Of a stretch of DNA of 64,000 nt, positions 37,878-48,497 are shown in pieces. This stretch comes from Candidatus Latescibacterota bacterium. Its GTDB lineage: Bacteria > Latescibacterota > UBA2968 > UBA8231. The translations under genes were made by a program, and so were the position numbers. Numbering within the stretch: the first letter of the stretch is position 1; each line of letters opens with the position of its first letter. The DNA lies in the NCBI GenBank assembly GCA_965206595.1, contig OZ242214.1:5312001-5376000 (forward strand). The letters run 5' to 3'. The notes under the pieces were generated by a model that had not been told where the DNA came from, did not search any database, and saw only the letters and a list, made by a program, of their open reading frames with translations.

Positions 37878-38258
37878 CTAAACCTCGAGTGGCTCCGGGG
37901 TCTTCAGCACGAAGAACTTGCGGACCGCCTTCCTGACGTTCCAATGGGCCTTCAGGCCGATCGGAAAGTGGGCCATGTCGCCGGGGCCGACGGCGTAGCT
38001 CCTGCCCCCTTCTTCGGTGATCGTCACTTCTCCTTCGAACAGGTAGACGAACTCGTCCCAGGTGTAGGTCCAGTCGAACTCGCCCGGATCGCAGGTCCAC
38101 AGACCGCTGGACAGGGTCTTGTCGGCCGACTGGTTGAGCACGGCGCCGCGCGCGACCGGATTGCCGGCGGTGATCGAATCCCCGTCGATCGGCATGTCGG
38201 GGAGGGAGCCCTCCGGCTCGCTGGCGGTGATCATGGCGATGGTGCTGAGGTCTGTCAT
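37878..38258 (-). CDS. Cupin (DUF861/EutQ-like) protein
   Basis: GLWTCDPG.F.W.Y.WDEFVYL.EG, GPGD..HFP.G...W.V...VRK. Confidence 0.9.
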   Translation of the reverse strand: MTDLSTIAMITASEPEGSLPDMPIDGDSITAGNPVARGAVLNQSADKTLSSGLWTCDPGEFDWTYTWDEFVYLFEGEVTITEEGGRSYAVGPGDMAHFPIGLKAHWNVRKAVRKFFVLKTPEPLEV

Positions 38259-38361
38259 GGGATTGTCTCCGGTGGGAGGTGGGAGTGCGATTTCTGCCGG
38301 CTCAGACGCTGAGAACCGGGGGACAAGCGGCCGAAGCGAAGATCGGCTTTACACACTGGGT

Positions 38362-39342
38362 TCAGACAGCCGCGGCGCAGGAGACGGCGCGGATTCCGGA
38401 GGAGGCGCTCCAGACCCTCTGCCAGCGCCGGCCGCGGTCGCAGCTTCGGTACAGTCTCTCCTCTACGGCCGCCCAGGCGCTGCCGGCGGCGTCGAAGGCG
38501 ACCTGGAAGGTGTCGACGTTGTCGTGGGCAACCTCCGGGAAGCCGTCGCGGACGTGGGCCCAGGAGCGCCCGGCGTCGTCGCTGCGGAACAGCTTGCCCG
38601 TCCCCTCGGCATGCGGCCCTCTGCTCACCGATGCGAGCAGGCAGTCCGGGTCGGCCGGATGCACCGCGACCGCCCTGCCGTAACGGGCGGGCAGTCCGCC
38701 GGAGCGGTGCTCCCAGGAGTCGCCGCGGTCGCCGCTGACGAACACGGCCTGCGCGGTGTTGGCGTACACCCGCTCCGGGGCCGCGGGGCAGACCGCGACC
38801 TGGTGCACGTCCTGGTGCAGACCGGGGGTCACCGGCTTCCAGGACTCGCCGCCGTCGGCGGAGCGCATGATGCTGCCGACGTGGATGTCGGCGTACACGT
38901 CGGCGCCGGAATGGGCGAGGCTGCGCACTGCCGGCGGGCCTCCCCATGGGGTGTACCAGTCGTCGCGGACAGCGAGCCGGGCGAAGGATTCGATCCGCCG
39001 TGCCGGCATTCCGCGTTCCATCCGATAGACATGAGGCGGCTCGGTCCCGATCAGCAGCACCAGCGGATCCTCGGCGAGAAGGTGCAGGCAGCAGATCTCG
39101 TCGTCGATGCCGCTCTCGAAGCGCTCCGCCCCGTCCGCACCGATGCAGGCGACCTCGCCGTTCGGCAGCGCCGCGACTCCGCCACCGTTGGCGGCCTCGC
39201 CTGCGATCGCGGCTTCGTCGAGCACCGGGACCGGTTCTGGTTCCGGGGCCGCTTCGTCCGCTACGTATACGGCCTCTTCCGTCAGTATCAGCACAGGGTC
39301 GCTCGCGGCCGGCAAGCCCGGCGGCGAAACCCTCCTTTCCAT
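38362..39342 (-). CDS. BNR/Asp-box beta-propeller protein (Ycf48/glycosyl hydrolase-like)
   Basis: Repeated S.DGG.SW boxes; GTEPP; DVHQV. Start uncertain. Confidence 0.85.
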   Translation of the reverse strand: MERRVSPPGLPAASDPVLILTEEAVYVADEAAPEPEPVPVLDEAAIAGEAANGGGVAALPNGEVACIGADGAERFESGIDDEICCLHLLAEDPLVLLIGTEPPHVYRMERGMPARRIESFARLAVRDDWYTPWGGPPAVRSLAHSGADVYADIHVGSIMRSADGGESWKPVTPGLHQDVHQVAVCPAAPERVYANTAQAVFVSGDRGDSWEHRSGGLPARYGRAVAVHPADPDCLLASVSRGPHAEGTGKLFRSDDAGRSWAHVRDGFPEVAHDNVDTFQVAFDAAGSAWAAVEERLYRSCDRGRRWQRVWSASSGIRAVSCAAAV

Positions 39343-39580
39343 TGGATGGCGACTACGTGACATACGGCGCTCGCGGTTGTCAAGGCATATATACTGCGCT
39401 AAAATGAGCGCGATCAAGCAGGCACGAAAACTCAGCAGCCCTTCCAAGGATGGATGCCATGCCGGGGAGCGGGGGAACCGCGATGGGAGTCCGGATGTTG
39501 TTTCACCGAAGCCGGGATGGATCGGCGGAAGAGTTGCGAGGTGTTGGCGAGACAGGACGCCAGGGAAAGGACCGGGAAAA

Positions 39581-40969
39581 ATGACCATCTCACGCAGGAC
39601 GTTTCTCCGCAGGACCGCGGCCGTGTCCGCCGGCTTCGCTGGTCTCCGCGAGCTTTCGATGGTGTACGGCGCCGAGGCCCCCGAACAGATTTTCGATTCT
39701 CTCGAGAAGGACCCGAACGGCCTGCTCGAGCTGCCGCGCGGCTTCGGCTACCGGGTGATCTCGTGGGTCGAGGAGCGCATGGCCGATGGTTTCCTGGTGC
39801 CGTGGGCCCCGGACGGCATGGCTGCTTTTCCCGCCTCCAACGGCAGAACCTTGCTGCTGTGCAACTCCGAAGCGAGCCCCTCTGACGAGAAGGATGGGCC
39901 GATGGGGGAGCAGGCGAAGCTGCTGTCGCAGCTGCCGGAACGGCTGGTCTACGACCCGCGCGAGGACGACGGCGAGTGTCTCGGCGGGGTGACGACCATC
40001 ATCTACGACACCCGCACCGGGCTCGTGGAGAAGCAGTTTCTCAGTCTCGCCGGCACGGTGCGCAACTGCGCCGGGGGTCCGACCCCGTGGAACAGCTGGA
40101 TCACCTGCGAGGAGACCACTGACAAGGCGGGGGACGGGTACACGAAGGACCACGGCTACAACTTCGAGGTGGCCGCCTCGGAGAAGCAGGAGCTGCAGGA
40201 GCCGGTGCCGCTGGTCGACATGGGCCGCTTCGTTCACGAGGCGGTGGCCGTCGACCCTGCCTCGGGGATCGTCTACCAGACCGAGGACCGCGGCGACGGC
40301 CTCATCTACCGGTTCATTCCCGACAAGCCCGGCCGCCTGCAGGAGGGGGGGCGGTTGCAGGCGCTGGCCTCCTGGGACAAGTCCTCCCTCGACACCCGCA
40401 ACTGGCGGGGCGAAGGGGCCTCCGCGGGGACGGAGATCCCGGTCGGGACCGAGTTCCCGGTGCGCTGGATCGACCTCGAAGACGTGCAGTCCCCCGACGG
40501 CGACCTGCACCTGCAGGGGTTCAACAAGGGGGCGGGGCGCTTCGCCCGCGGCGAGGGGATGTGGTACGGGATGGGGAGCGTCTTCTTCGTCTGCACCAGC
40601 GGCGGCCACGCCGGACAGGGGCAGGTCTGGCGCTACACCCCGAGCCCGCACGAGGGGACCGCCGGGGAGCTCGGGGCCGGGGCGGGAAAGCTGATGCTCT
40701 ACGCCGAGCCGAACGACAAGGGCCTGGTGGAGAACGCCGACAACCTCACCGTCGCCCCGTGGGGGGACGTGATCCTCTGCGAGGACGGCGGCGGGCCCGA
40801 CCGCCTGGTCGGCATCCGGCCGGACGGGACGTTCTACGAGCTGGCGCGCACCGTCTCCTCGTCGGAGCTGGCCGGGGCGACGTTTTCTCCGGACGGCAGC
40901 ACCCTGTTCGTCAACGCCCAGCAGGACGGGGTGACCCTGGCGATCACCGGCCCTTGGCCGGCCGCCTGA
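39581..40969 (+). CDS. phoX: PhoX family alkaline phosphatase (DUF839), Tat-exported
   Basis: SRRTFL Tat motif; NCAGGPTPWNSWITCEE, GRFVHEA, YQTED, RGEG, DNL, CED, SELAG. Confidence 0.92.
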   Translation: MTISRRTFLRRTAAVSAGFAGLRELSMVYGAEAPEQIFDSLEKDPNGLLELPRGFGYRVISWVEERMADGFLVPWAPDGMAAFPASNGRTLLLCNSEASPSDEKDGPMGEQAKLLSQLPERLVYDPREDDGECLGGVTTIIYDTRTGLVEKQFLSLAGTVRNCAGGPTPWNSWITCEETTDKAGDGYTKDHGYNFEVAASEKQELQEPVPLVDMGRFVHEAVAVDPASGIVYQTEDRGDGLIYRFIPDKPGRLQEGGRLQALASWDKSSLDTRNWRGEGASAGTEIPVGTEFPVRWIDLEDVQSPDGDLHLQGFNKGAGRFARGEGMWYGMGSVFFVCTSGGHAGQGQVWRYTPSPHEGTAGELGAGAGKLMLYAEPNDKGLVENADNLTVAPWGDVILCEDGGGPDRLVGIRPDGTFYELARTVSSSELAGATFSPDGSTLFVNAQQDGVTLAITGPWPAA

Positions 40970-40978
40970 TCTTCCGCC

Positions 40979-42158
40979 TCAGCAGGCTCGCTCCTCGAGC
41001 CACCCCCTGCTGATCTCGAGCCCGAACCCCGGGGCGTCGCTGGGGACGACGAAGCCGTTCTCGACGACGGAGGTTCCGGGCAGCCGCACCATCTCCGCCA
41101 GCGGCACTCCCGGCGGGGAGACCCCCTCCGAGCGTTCGCCCCAGGCGACGGCAGGCATCGCGAAGGAGAGGTGCTGGCCGTACGGGTAGTTCATGCCGCC
41201 GTGGGCGAGCACGTGCTGGCCGTGGGCTTCGGCGAGGTGGCAGATGCGCAGGGGCGGCGCTGATGCCGCCGACCCAGCGGACGTCGGGCTGGAAGATGTC
41301 GACGAGGCCGTTGGCGGCGGCGAAGGCGAACGGCGGGATGGAGTACCAGTGCTCGCCGGTCGCCAGGATCTGGTGGGGAATGCGCTCCCGCAGCTTGACG
41401 TAGCTGCCGAGATCCTCCGGCCGGACGTAATCCTCGAACCACTTGATGCGGTACGGTTTCAGGGCTTCGGACAGGCGCACGACGTACTCGACGTCGAACG
41501 ACATCCAGGCGTCGACCATCAGCTCGCGCTCGTCGCCGATCAGCTCGCGGGCGGTGGCGACGAGCTCCTCGTTGCGGCGCAGCCCCTCCATGTCGTCGTC
41601 CGGCCCGTGGCGGAAGAAGACCTTGACGGCATTGAAGCCGAGCTCGAGGAACCACTCGATGCTGTTCTCGATGCCGTAGTTGTGCCCGGTGGCGCTGGCG
41701 TAGCAGGGGATGGCGGTCTTCTGCGGCCCGCCCAGAAGCTCGTAGACCGGCCGCTGCAGCAGCTTGCCCTTGAGATCCCACAGGGCCATGTCGACGGCGC
41801 TGATCGCGTAGCTCGCCAGGCCGGAGGTGCCGTAGTGGGCGGTGGCGCGCTGCATCGCGTCGAAAAGCTTCTCGGTGGCCATGCAGTTCTCGCCGGCGAT
41901 CATCGGGCCGAGGTGGTCCTCGATGATCCCGGCTACGGGAGGTGAGAAACAGCCGAGGCCGAAACCCCAGGTGCCGTCCCGGGCGGTGACGACGCAGGCG
42001 ACGTCCCGCCAGTCGCCCCGGGAGCGGGGCAGCAGGCCGGGGTAGCGGCGCATCGGGCTGACGATGGGAGGGGCGTCGGGTATCTCCGGAACGCGCGGCT
42101 TCGTCCTCTGGCGGGGTGCCGTCTCGATGGGGAAGGCGCGTACTTCGGCGATTTCCAT
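40979..42158 (-). pseudogene. Mandelate racemase/enolase superfamily (L-rhamnonate dehydratase-like), one frameshift
   Basis: AISAVDMALWDLKGK, LMVDAWM, WFED, TGEH, QPD. One extra G in GGGG at 41251-41254; removing it gives LRICHLAEAHGQHVLAHGG. May be an assembly error. Confidence 0.85.
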
Positions 42159-42279
42159 CTGTCGAATTCTCCGGTTTGTCCGGGTGCGGGGGAACCGCTA
42201 TACTCGAAAAACCGTTCGCTCTCCCCCGCACCTCCGTTCGCAAGCTCCCCCCATCTCCGGCTCTCCGCAAGGAAGGCAT

Positions 42280-45200
42280 ATGTCGCGTCGCGGCAGCAGG
42301 CGTTTTGTGGCCGACGTGCACCTGCACTCGCGCCACTCGCGCGCAACCAGCAAAGAGCTCAACCCCGAAAACCTCCACAAGTGGTCGGCGCTGAAGGGCG
42401 TAGACGTCGTCGGTACCGCCGATTTCACCCACCCGGAATGGCTGGCGGAGCTGAAAGAGAAGCTCGTCCCTGCCGAGGAGGGGTTGTACCGGCTGCGCGA
42501 CGACCTGCTGGAAGCGGTGGAGGAGAAGCTGCCTGCCTCCTGCCGCGGCGAGGTGCGGTTTCTTCTTTCGGTCGAAATCAGCTCGATCTACAAGCGCCAC
42601 GGCCGCACCCGCAAGGTGCACAACGTCGTCATTCTTCCCGACTTCGCCGCGGCCGACCGCTTCAACCGGCGCCTGGGGCGGATCGGCAACCTCAAGTCGG
42701 ACGGGAGACCGATCCTCGGCCTCGACAGCCGCGACCTGCTCGAAATCTGTCTCGAGGTCTGCCCCGAGGTGCTGTTCATCCCAGCCCACATCTGGACCCC
42801 CCACTTCGCCGTGCTCGGTGCCAGTTCCGGCTTCGACAGCATGGAGGAGTGCTTCGACGACCTGCTGCCCCACATCCACGCGGTCGAGACCGGGCTGTCG
42901 TCCGATCCGCCGATGAACGGCCGCCTCTCGCAGCTCGACCGCTTCGCCATGGTTTCGAACTCCGACGCCCACTCGCCGCGCAAGCTGGCGCGCGAGGCGA
43001 CCTGCTTCGACACCGAGCTGTCGTACCGGGGGATGCTCGAGGCGCTGCGCGACCGCGATCCGCAGCGCTTTACCGGCACCATCGAATTTTACCCGGAAGA
43101 GGGGAAGTACCATTACGACGGCCACCGCAAGTGCGGCGTCTGCTGGACCCCGCCGCAGACCATCGCCGCCGGGGGGCTGTGCCCGGAATGCGGCCGCAAG
43201 GTGACCGTCGGCGTGCTCCATCGCGTCGAGAAGCTGGCCGACCGCGGCGAGGGGGAAGCCGCGCCGGAGCGCCGGTTCGAGCATCTCATCCCCTTGGAAG
43301 AGGTGATCGGCTCGGCACTCGGCGTCGGGCCCAACAGCAAGAAGGTGCAACGGATATACCACGCCCTCGTCGAGCAGCTCGGCCCGGAGCTCGACGTCCT
43401 GCGGACCGCCGACATTGCGAAGATCGCCCAGAGCGGAGGCCAGCCCCTGGTCGCCGAGGGTGTGCGGCGGATGCGCAGCGGCAAGGTGGCGATCGCGCCG
43501 GGATACGACGGCGAGTACGGCAGGATCGAGGTGTTCAGCGACGAAGAGCGACGCCGCATCGAGGGTCAGTCGCAGCTGTTCGACATGGGGGCGGTCCTCG
43601 ACGAGGAGTCGCTGCGGGCGGCAGAGGTCGTCGAGTCGGTGGCGGGGGACAGGGTCGGGCCCAGGGCCGAGACCCTGCTGGAGCAGGGCAGGGCGGTGAT
43701 GGAGGGCTTGCTGTTCTCCTGGACCGCGCTCGACGACGGGCAGCAGGCCGCGGTGGAGGAGCCCGCGGGGCCTGTGGTGGTTGCCGCCGGGCCGGGCTCC
43801 GGCAAGACGCGAACCCTGGTGCAGCGGATCGCCCACCTGGTCCGCCGCGAGGGGGTCTCTCCGGGCAAGATCTACGCCGTCACCTTCACCAACCGCGCCG
43901 CCGACGAGATGCGGCAGCGGCTGCGCGCCATGGACCCGCCGCTGCCGAACGTCGAGCGGGTATTCACCGGCACCTTCCACCGTCTCGCCCTGCAGCTGAT
44001 GGGCAACTTCCGCCGGAGCCCCGAAGCCGCCGTCATGGACGCACAGGACGCGCGGGCAATCGTCGCCGCGGTGATCGAGGAGCAGGGCGCAGGCTTGCGC
44101 CCTGCCGCGGCGCAGGAGCAGATCTCCCGGTGGAAGGCGGAGGGGCGGCTGCCGGCGCAGGTGCCGGCTTCCGAGGCCGGGCTTGCTGGCGTGTACGAGG
44201 GATACCAGCAGCGGCTGGCGCGCCTTGGAGCGCGGGACTACGACGACATCCTTCTCGATTTCCTGCACCTGCTCGAGGAGGAAGGGTTCGCCGCCTACGC
44301 CGCCGGCTGCATTCAGTGCCTTCTGATCGACGAGTTCCAGGACGTCAACGCCGTCCAGTACCGCCTGGCGGTCAGGCTGGCCGGCGACGGCCGCGGCCTC
44401 TTCGTCATCGGCGATCCCAACCAGTCGATTTACGGCTTCCGCGGCGCCGACCCGGCGTACTTCGACCGCCTCGGGTCGGCTTTTCCCGGAATCAGGCGCA
44501 TCCACCTGACCACCAACTACCGCTCGGCGCCGTACCTGGTGCGGGCCGCCCGTTCCCTTATCGGCCTTGAAGAAGAAGCCGGCGGCAACGGGGCCGCCGC
44601 CGCGGCTCGCGGCGCCATCCGCATAGTCGCGACCGACAGCGAGATGTCGGAGGCGATCGCCGTGGTCAGGGAGATCGGCCGCCTCGTCGGGGGCGCCGAC
44701 ATGATCGCTTCCGACAGCGCCGCGGGAAGCGGTGGCGGGGGATACAGCTTCGGCGATATCGCCGTGCTGTTCCGCACCGGGAGGCAGGCGGAGGTGCTGG
44801 AGACCTGCTTCCTGACCGAAGGACTTCCGTACCGCCTCATCGGGCAGCGCGGTTTTCTCGAGACCCCCGCGGTGCGCCAGGCACTGGCCTTCTGGCGCTA
44901 CGTCGCGCAGCCGGACAGCGGCCTGCGACTGCTCGAGGCGTTGCGCCGGGATCCGTTCAACCCGGGTCGCGCCGCCATGACGCAGATCACCGCGGCCGTG
45001 CTCGAGACCACCGGGCCGGTGGACCTGGCGACCCTCGCTGCAGCGCTTTCGGAACGGGAGCGCGCCAAGATCGCGACCCTGACGGAGGCGGCAGGGCGCT
45101 ACCGGAGTCGGGCGGGGGAGCCGCCGGCCGACCTGCTGCGCTCCTGGCAGCAGGAGTTCGGTGCCGGCGCGGCGGGGGAAGAGACGGGTTTCTCCCGTTT

Positions 45201-45630
45201 CGTTGCCCTCGCCGAGACCGCGGAAACCGTGGACCAGCTCCTCGAGCGGGTGGTGCTTGGTCAGGACGCCGACATCGAGCGCCGCGGCGGCGCCAGGCAG
45301 GCGGAGGCGGTTAGCCTGATGACCATGCACGCCGCCAAGGGACTGGAGTTCCCGGTGGTGCTGGTCTGCGGCGTCGAGGACGGGATGGTACCGCTGGCAG
45401 AACCGGGGAGGGAGTGCGACGAAGAGGAGGAGCGGCGCCTGTTTTACGTCGCCGTTACGCGCGCGGGGAAGGAACTGGTCCTGTTCCGCGCCCGCAGCCG
45501 CATGCGGCACGGGCAGCGGGTGCAGTTGCAGAAGTCGCGGTTCGTGGGCATGATACCCGAGGCGCTCGTGCGGGAAGAGGAAGAGGCGATGTCCGAGTCG
45601 CGGCGGGGGCGCCAACTGAGCCTGTTCTGA
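42280..45630 (+). CDS. Endonuclease Q (PHP family) fused to UvrD/PcrA helicase
   Basis: ADVHLHSRHSRATS, PAHIWTP, NSDAHS, GKYHYDGHRKC...CPEC; then AGPGSGKT, DEFQD, GDPNQSIYGFRGA, NYRS, HAAKGLEF, EERRLFYVAVTRA. Confidence 0.95.
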   Translation: MSRRGSRRFVADVHLHSRHSRATSKELNPENLHKWSALKGVDVVGTADFTHPEWLAELKEKLVPAEEGLYRLRDDLLEAVEEKLPASCRGEVRFLLSVEISSIYKRHGRTRKVHNVVILPDFAAADRFNRRLGRIGNLKSDGRPILGLDSRDLLEICLEVCPEVLFIPAHIWTPHFAVLGASSGFDSMEECFDDLLPHIHAVETGLSSDPPMNGRLSQLDRFAMVSNSDAHSPRKLAREATCFDTELSYRGMLEALRDRDPQRFTGTIEFYPEEGKYHYDGHRKCGVCWTPPQTIAAGGLCPECGRKVTVGVLHRVEKLADRGEGEAAPERRFEHLIPLEEVIGSALGVGPNSKKVQRIYHALVEQLGPELDVLRTADIAKIAQSGGQPLVAEGVRRMRSGKVAIAPGYDGEYGRIEVFSDEERRRIEGQSQLFDMGAVLDEESLRAAEVVESVAGDRVGPRAETLLEQGRAVMEGLLFSWTALDDGQQAAVEEPAGPVVVAAGPGSGKTRTLVQRIAHLVRREGVSPGKIYAVTFTNRAADEMRQRLRAMDPPLPNVERVFTGTFHRLALQLMGNFRRSPEAAVMDAQDARAIVAAVIEEQGAGLRPAAAQEQISRWKAEGRLPAQVPASEAGLAGVYEGYQQRLARLGARDYDDILLDFLHLLEEEGFAAYAAGCIQCLLIDEFQDVNAVQYRLAVRLAGDGRGLFVIGDPNQSIYGFRGADPAYFDRLGSAFPGIRRIHLTTNYRSAPYLVRAARSLIGLEEEAGGNGAAAAARGAIRIVATDSEMSEAIAVVREIGRLVGGADMIASDSAAGSGGGGYSFGDIAVLFRTGRQAEVLETCFLTEGLPYRLIGQRGFLETPAVRQALAFWRYVAQPDSGLRLLEALRRDPFNPGRAAMTQITAAVLETTGPVDLATLAAALSERERAKIATLTEAAGRYRSRAGEPPADLLRSWQQEFGAGAAGEETGFSRFVALAETAETVDQLLERVVLGQDADIERRGGARQAEAVSLMTMHAAKGLEFPVVLVCGVEDGMVPLAEPGRECDEEEERRLFYVAVTRAGKELVLFRARSRMRHGQRVQLQKSRFVGMIPEALVREEEEAMSESRRGRQLSLF

Positions 45631-45633
45631 ACG

Positions 45634-46488
45634 ATGACGGACACCCGGCTGACGCAGCAGCAGATCGACTTCTTCAACACCTTCGGCTACCTCTGTTTCC
45701 CCGGCCTGCTGGCCGACTGCATCGACGGCATCATCGCCGAGTTCGAGCGCATCTGGGAGCGGCACGGCGGCGGCCACCACGGCAGGCCCCACGACAGGCC
45801 CCACGACGAGGGCCAGCGCTCCTGCATCGTGCCGTTCCCCGACAAGAGCGAGTACCTCAGCAGCCTTCTCGACGACCCGCGCATCCACGACATCGCCGCC
45901 GGCCTGCTCGGTGAGGACTTCAACTACACCAGCGGCGACGGCAACCTCTACGTCGGCGACACCCGCTGGCACTCCGACGGCTACAGCGGCACCCGCATCC
46001 CCAGCATCAAGATCGCCTTCTACCTCGACCCGGTGACCGCCGACACCGGCGCCGTGCGCGTCATCCCCGGCAGCCACCACTGCGGCGACGCCTACGCCGA
46101 CAGCCTCGAGCGATCCGTCAGGGAGAGCGGGGAGCAGTGGGGCGTCGCCCCCGAGGAAGTGCCGGCCGTCATCGTCGAGACCGAGCCGGGGGACATCGTC
46201 GTCTTCTGGCACAACACCAAGCACTCGGCCTTCGGCGGCTCGGTGCGACGCCGCATGTACACGATGAACTTCTACGAGCACGTCCCCGAGGAGCGCCTTG
46301 AGGATTTCCAGAACGCCCTGGCGAACGAGGGACGCTTCTGGATCGATCACATCCTGGGTGAAGAGATGTTGAGAACCGCGGGACCGGAGCGCATGGTGCA
46401 CCTGCGGCAGGTCATCGAAAACGATTTCAAGGTGAAGGAAGTTCACGCCCGCATGCGGGCGGAGCGTTCGGAACCGTCCCGGGGATGA
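45634..46488 (+). CDS. Phytanoyl-CoA dioxygenase (PhyH) family
   Basis: F..FGYL, WHSD, VIPGSH, PGDIVVF....KH, RR. Confidence 0.93.
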   Translation: MTDTRLTQQQIDFFNTFGYLCFPGLLADCIDGIIAEFERIWERHGGGHHGRPHDRPHDEGQRSCIVPFPDKSEYLSSLLDDPRIHDIAAGLLGEDFNYTSGDGNLYVGDTRWHSDGYSGTRIPSIKIAFYLDPVTADTGAVRVIPGSHHCGDAYADSLERSVRESGEQWGVAPEEVPAVIVETEPGDIVVFWHNTKHSAFGGSVRRRMYTMNFYEHVPEERLEDFQNALANEGRFWIDHILGEEMLRTAGPERMVHLRQVIENDFKVKEVHARMRAERSEPSRG

Positions 46489-46710
46489 GGTTTCTGGCGG
46501 TGGCGACAGGCCGCGACTGAAGGTTCCCAGAGAGTGAAGTGCAGGCTGGCGGATCATGCCGGCCAGATAACTGGTGAAGCTTCCACCAAACCGCTTTCCA
46601 ACCATTACTTCCGTTCGAGCTTTTCTACCCCAGGAGCTCGCATTCCCACCTTGGAATTTGGCGCGCCACGGCTGCGGTACATGGCCGGCACCAAGCCTCG
46701 GATCCAAAGG

Positions 46711-47460
46711 TTATTTACAGAGAAGGTCGGCTGTTGAGGAATAGCCGTTCTCCGTAATGGCGTCCCGCAGGAAATCGAACGGAAGAGCACGAGGTTCAGC
46801 CTCTTTTTTCCAGCGGCCGACCGCCTCCGGCCGTACCACGATCCGTGCCAGCGGGATGCCCAAAAAAGCCTCGAGTCGTGTGAGCGTCTCCTCCTGTTTC
46901 AGCACGAAGTCCTCGAAACGGATCTCGATCACCTGTTTCGGCCTCGGTGTGGCTTTCATCAGCTGGTATTGATAGAACCAGGAGATCGCCCGCATTTCGT
47001 GAACATCCTCGGACTGGGGGTAATCAATCCCGAACTTGCGTAAATCGTCCGTTTTGTGGCCGCCAAGAATGCAATCCCTCGGATCGCGGATCCAATGAAT
47101 GAACCGGGCATCTGGAAACAGGCGGGTCATCCACGGATAGACGAGGGTCGTCTCAGGTATCTTCCACCCCTTGTGCGCGGACGGGTTATGCAACACGTCC
47201 TCCAGGTAGGTGTGGATGTGGCGCTCGAACTCGCGGTCGATCGGCATCGAAAACAGGGGATCGAAGTTCCACGACAGCCCACCCTTCCATTCGACGTATT
47301 GGGCCATGACCCGGCAGGCGTCGTACATCGCCTGCCCCGGCACCTTGTCCCCGGATGGGTTCAGCCGGCTTCCCATGTATAACCCACTGGCGTACAAGGT
47401 GTGGGAAATGGCACGCGTCCCGGAATGACCGCGGCCGATCACTGTGATCAGGGTTTCCAT
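46711..47460 (-). CDS. Sulfotransferase family protein
   Basis: IGRGHSGT, GWKIP, IHWIRDPRD, IRFEDFV. Confidence 0.85.
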   Translation of the reverse strand: METLITVIGRGHSGTRAISHTLYASGLYMGSRLNPSGDKVPGQAMYDACRVMAQYVEWKGGLSWNFDPLFSMPIDREFERHIHTYLEDVLHNPSAHKGWKIPETTLVYPWMTRLFPDARFIHWIRDPRDCILGGHKTDDLRKFGIDYPQSEDVHEMRAISWFYQYQLMKATPRPKQVIEIRFEDFVLKQEETLTRLEAFLGIPLARIVVRPEAVGRWKKEAEPRALPFDFLRDAITENGYSSTADLLCK

Positions 47461-47641
47461 ATGCGAGTTGAGTGCCTGTCCGCGAAAATCCCACGCGAAT
47501 CTGGAATGATACCGCCCATGGATACACTGCCCGAAAATCTGGACACAAGAAGCCCTGCAGCATAGAGTTCCGGCCTTTCGCCGAGGCCAGGGGTGTGTCC
47601 GCCCAAGGTCGCTGAAAATCTACTCCCACGGAGATTGCACC

Positions 47642-48400
47642 ATGAGCTCAAATGGAAAGGTCGCCCTCGTTACCGGGGCGGGAAGCGGTATCGGTCAGTG
47701 CACCTCCCTTGCCCTGCTGAAGGAGGGATACTCGGTGGTGTTGGCCGGCAGGCGCGAGGAGGCGCTGCAGTTGACGGTCGATCTCGCCGGGCAGGATGGG
47801 GAACGCACCCTTCCCGTGCCGTCGGATGTCACCGATCCCGATGCGGTGCGGGCGTTGTTCGCGAAAACGAAGGAGGAGTTCGGGCGCCTGGATCTGCTGT
47901 TCAACAACGCCGGCATGGGGGCGCCCGGGGTGCCCCTGGAGGATCTGACCTTCGAGCAGTGGACGGCGGTCGTCAACGTCAACCTTACCGGGGTGTTCCT
48001 GTGCACGCAGGAGGCGTTCCGGATCATGAAGGACCAGGATCCGCGCGGCGGCCGCATCATCAACAACGGCTCGGTGTCGGCGCACGTGCCGAGGCCCAAC
48101 TCGACGCCGTACACGGCGACCAAGCACGCCGTTCAGGGATTGACGCGGGTAACCTCGCTCGACGGCAGGAAGTACGACATCGCCTGCGGGCAGATCGACA
48201 TCGGCAACGCCGCTACGGATATGACCCAGCGGATGAATGACGGGGTTCCGCAGCCCAACGGGTCGATGATGGTGGAGCCGCGCATGGACGCCGACGACGT
48301 GGCGCGGGCGGTGGTGTACATGGCCAGCCTGCCGCTGGAGGCCAACGTGCAGTTCATCACGGTGATGGCGACGAAGATGCCGTATATCGGACGGGGGTGA
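47642..48400 (+). CDS. SDR family oxidoreductase
   Basis: [18 protein letters not shown]. Confidence 0.96.
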   Translation: MSSNGKVALVTGAGSGIGQCTSLALLKEGYSVVLAGRREEALQLTVDLAGQDGERTLPVPSDVTDPDAVRALFAKTKEEFGRLDLLFNNAGMGAPGVPLEDLTFEQWTAVVNVNLTGVFLCTQEAFRIMKDQDPRGGRIINNGSVSAHVPRPNSTPYTATKHAVQGLTRVTSLDGRKYDIACGQIDIGNAATDMTQRMNDGVPQPNGSMMVEPRMDADDVARAVVYMASLPLEANVQFITVMATKMPYIGRG

Positions 48401-48497
48401 GACGGTCCTTCGGGCCGTCCTGCACCGGTGACGAAGCAGGGATTTCGAAAAGGGATTTGGGGGAAGCCGATGTGCAGGCGGTAACCGCGGGGGGAAG

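Noticed and set aside
45783-45806. 12-bp tandem repeat CAGGCCCCACGA x2 in the PhyH gene
   Set aside because: In frame (RPHD x2) in a likely loop; no evidence of function.
41191-46707. 1838-aa minus-strand ORF
   Set aside because: Antisense shadow of EndoQ-UvrD and PhyH in high-GC DNA; no motifs of its own.
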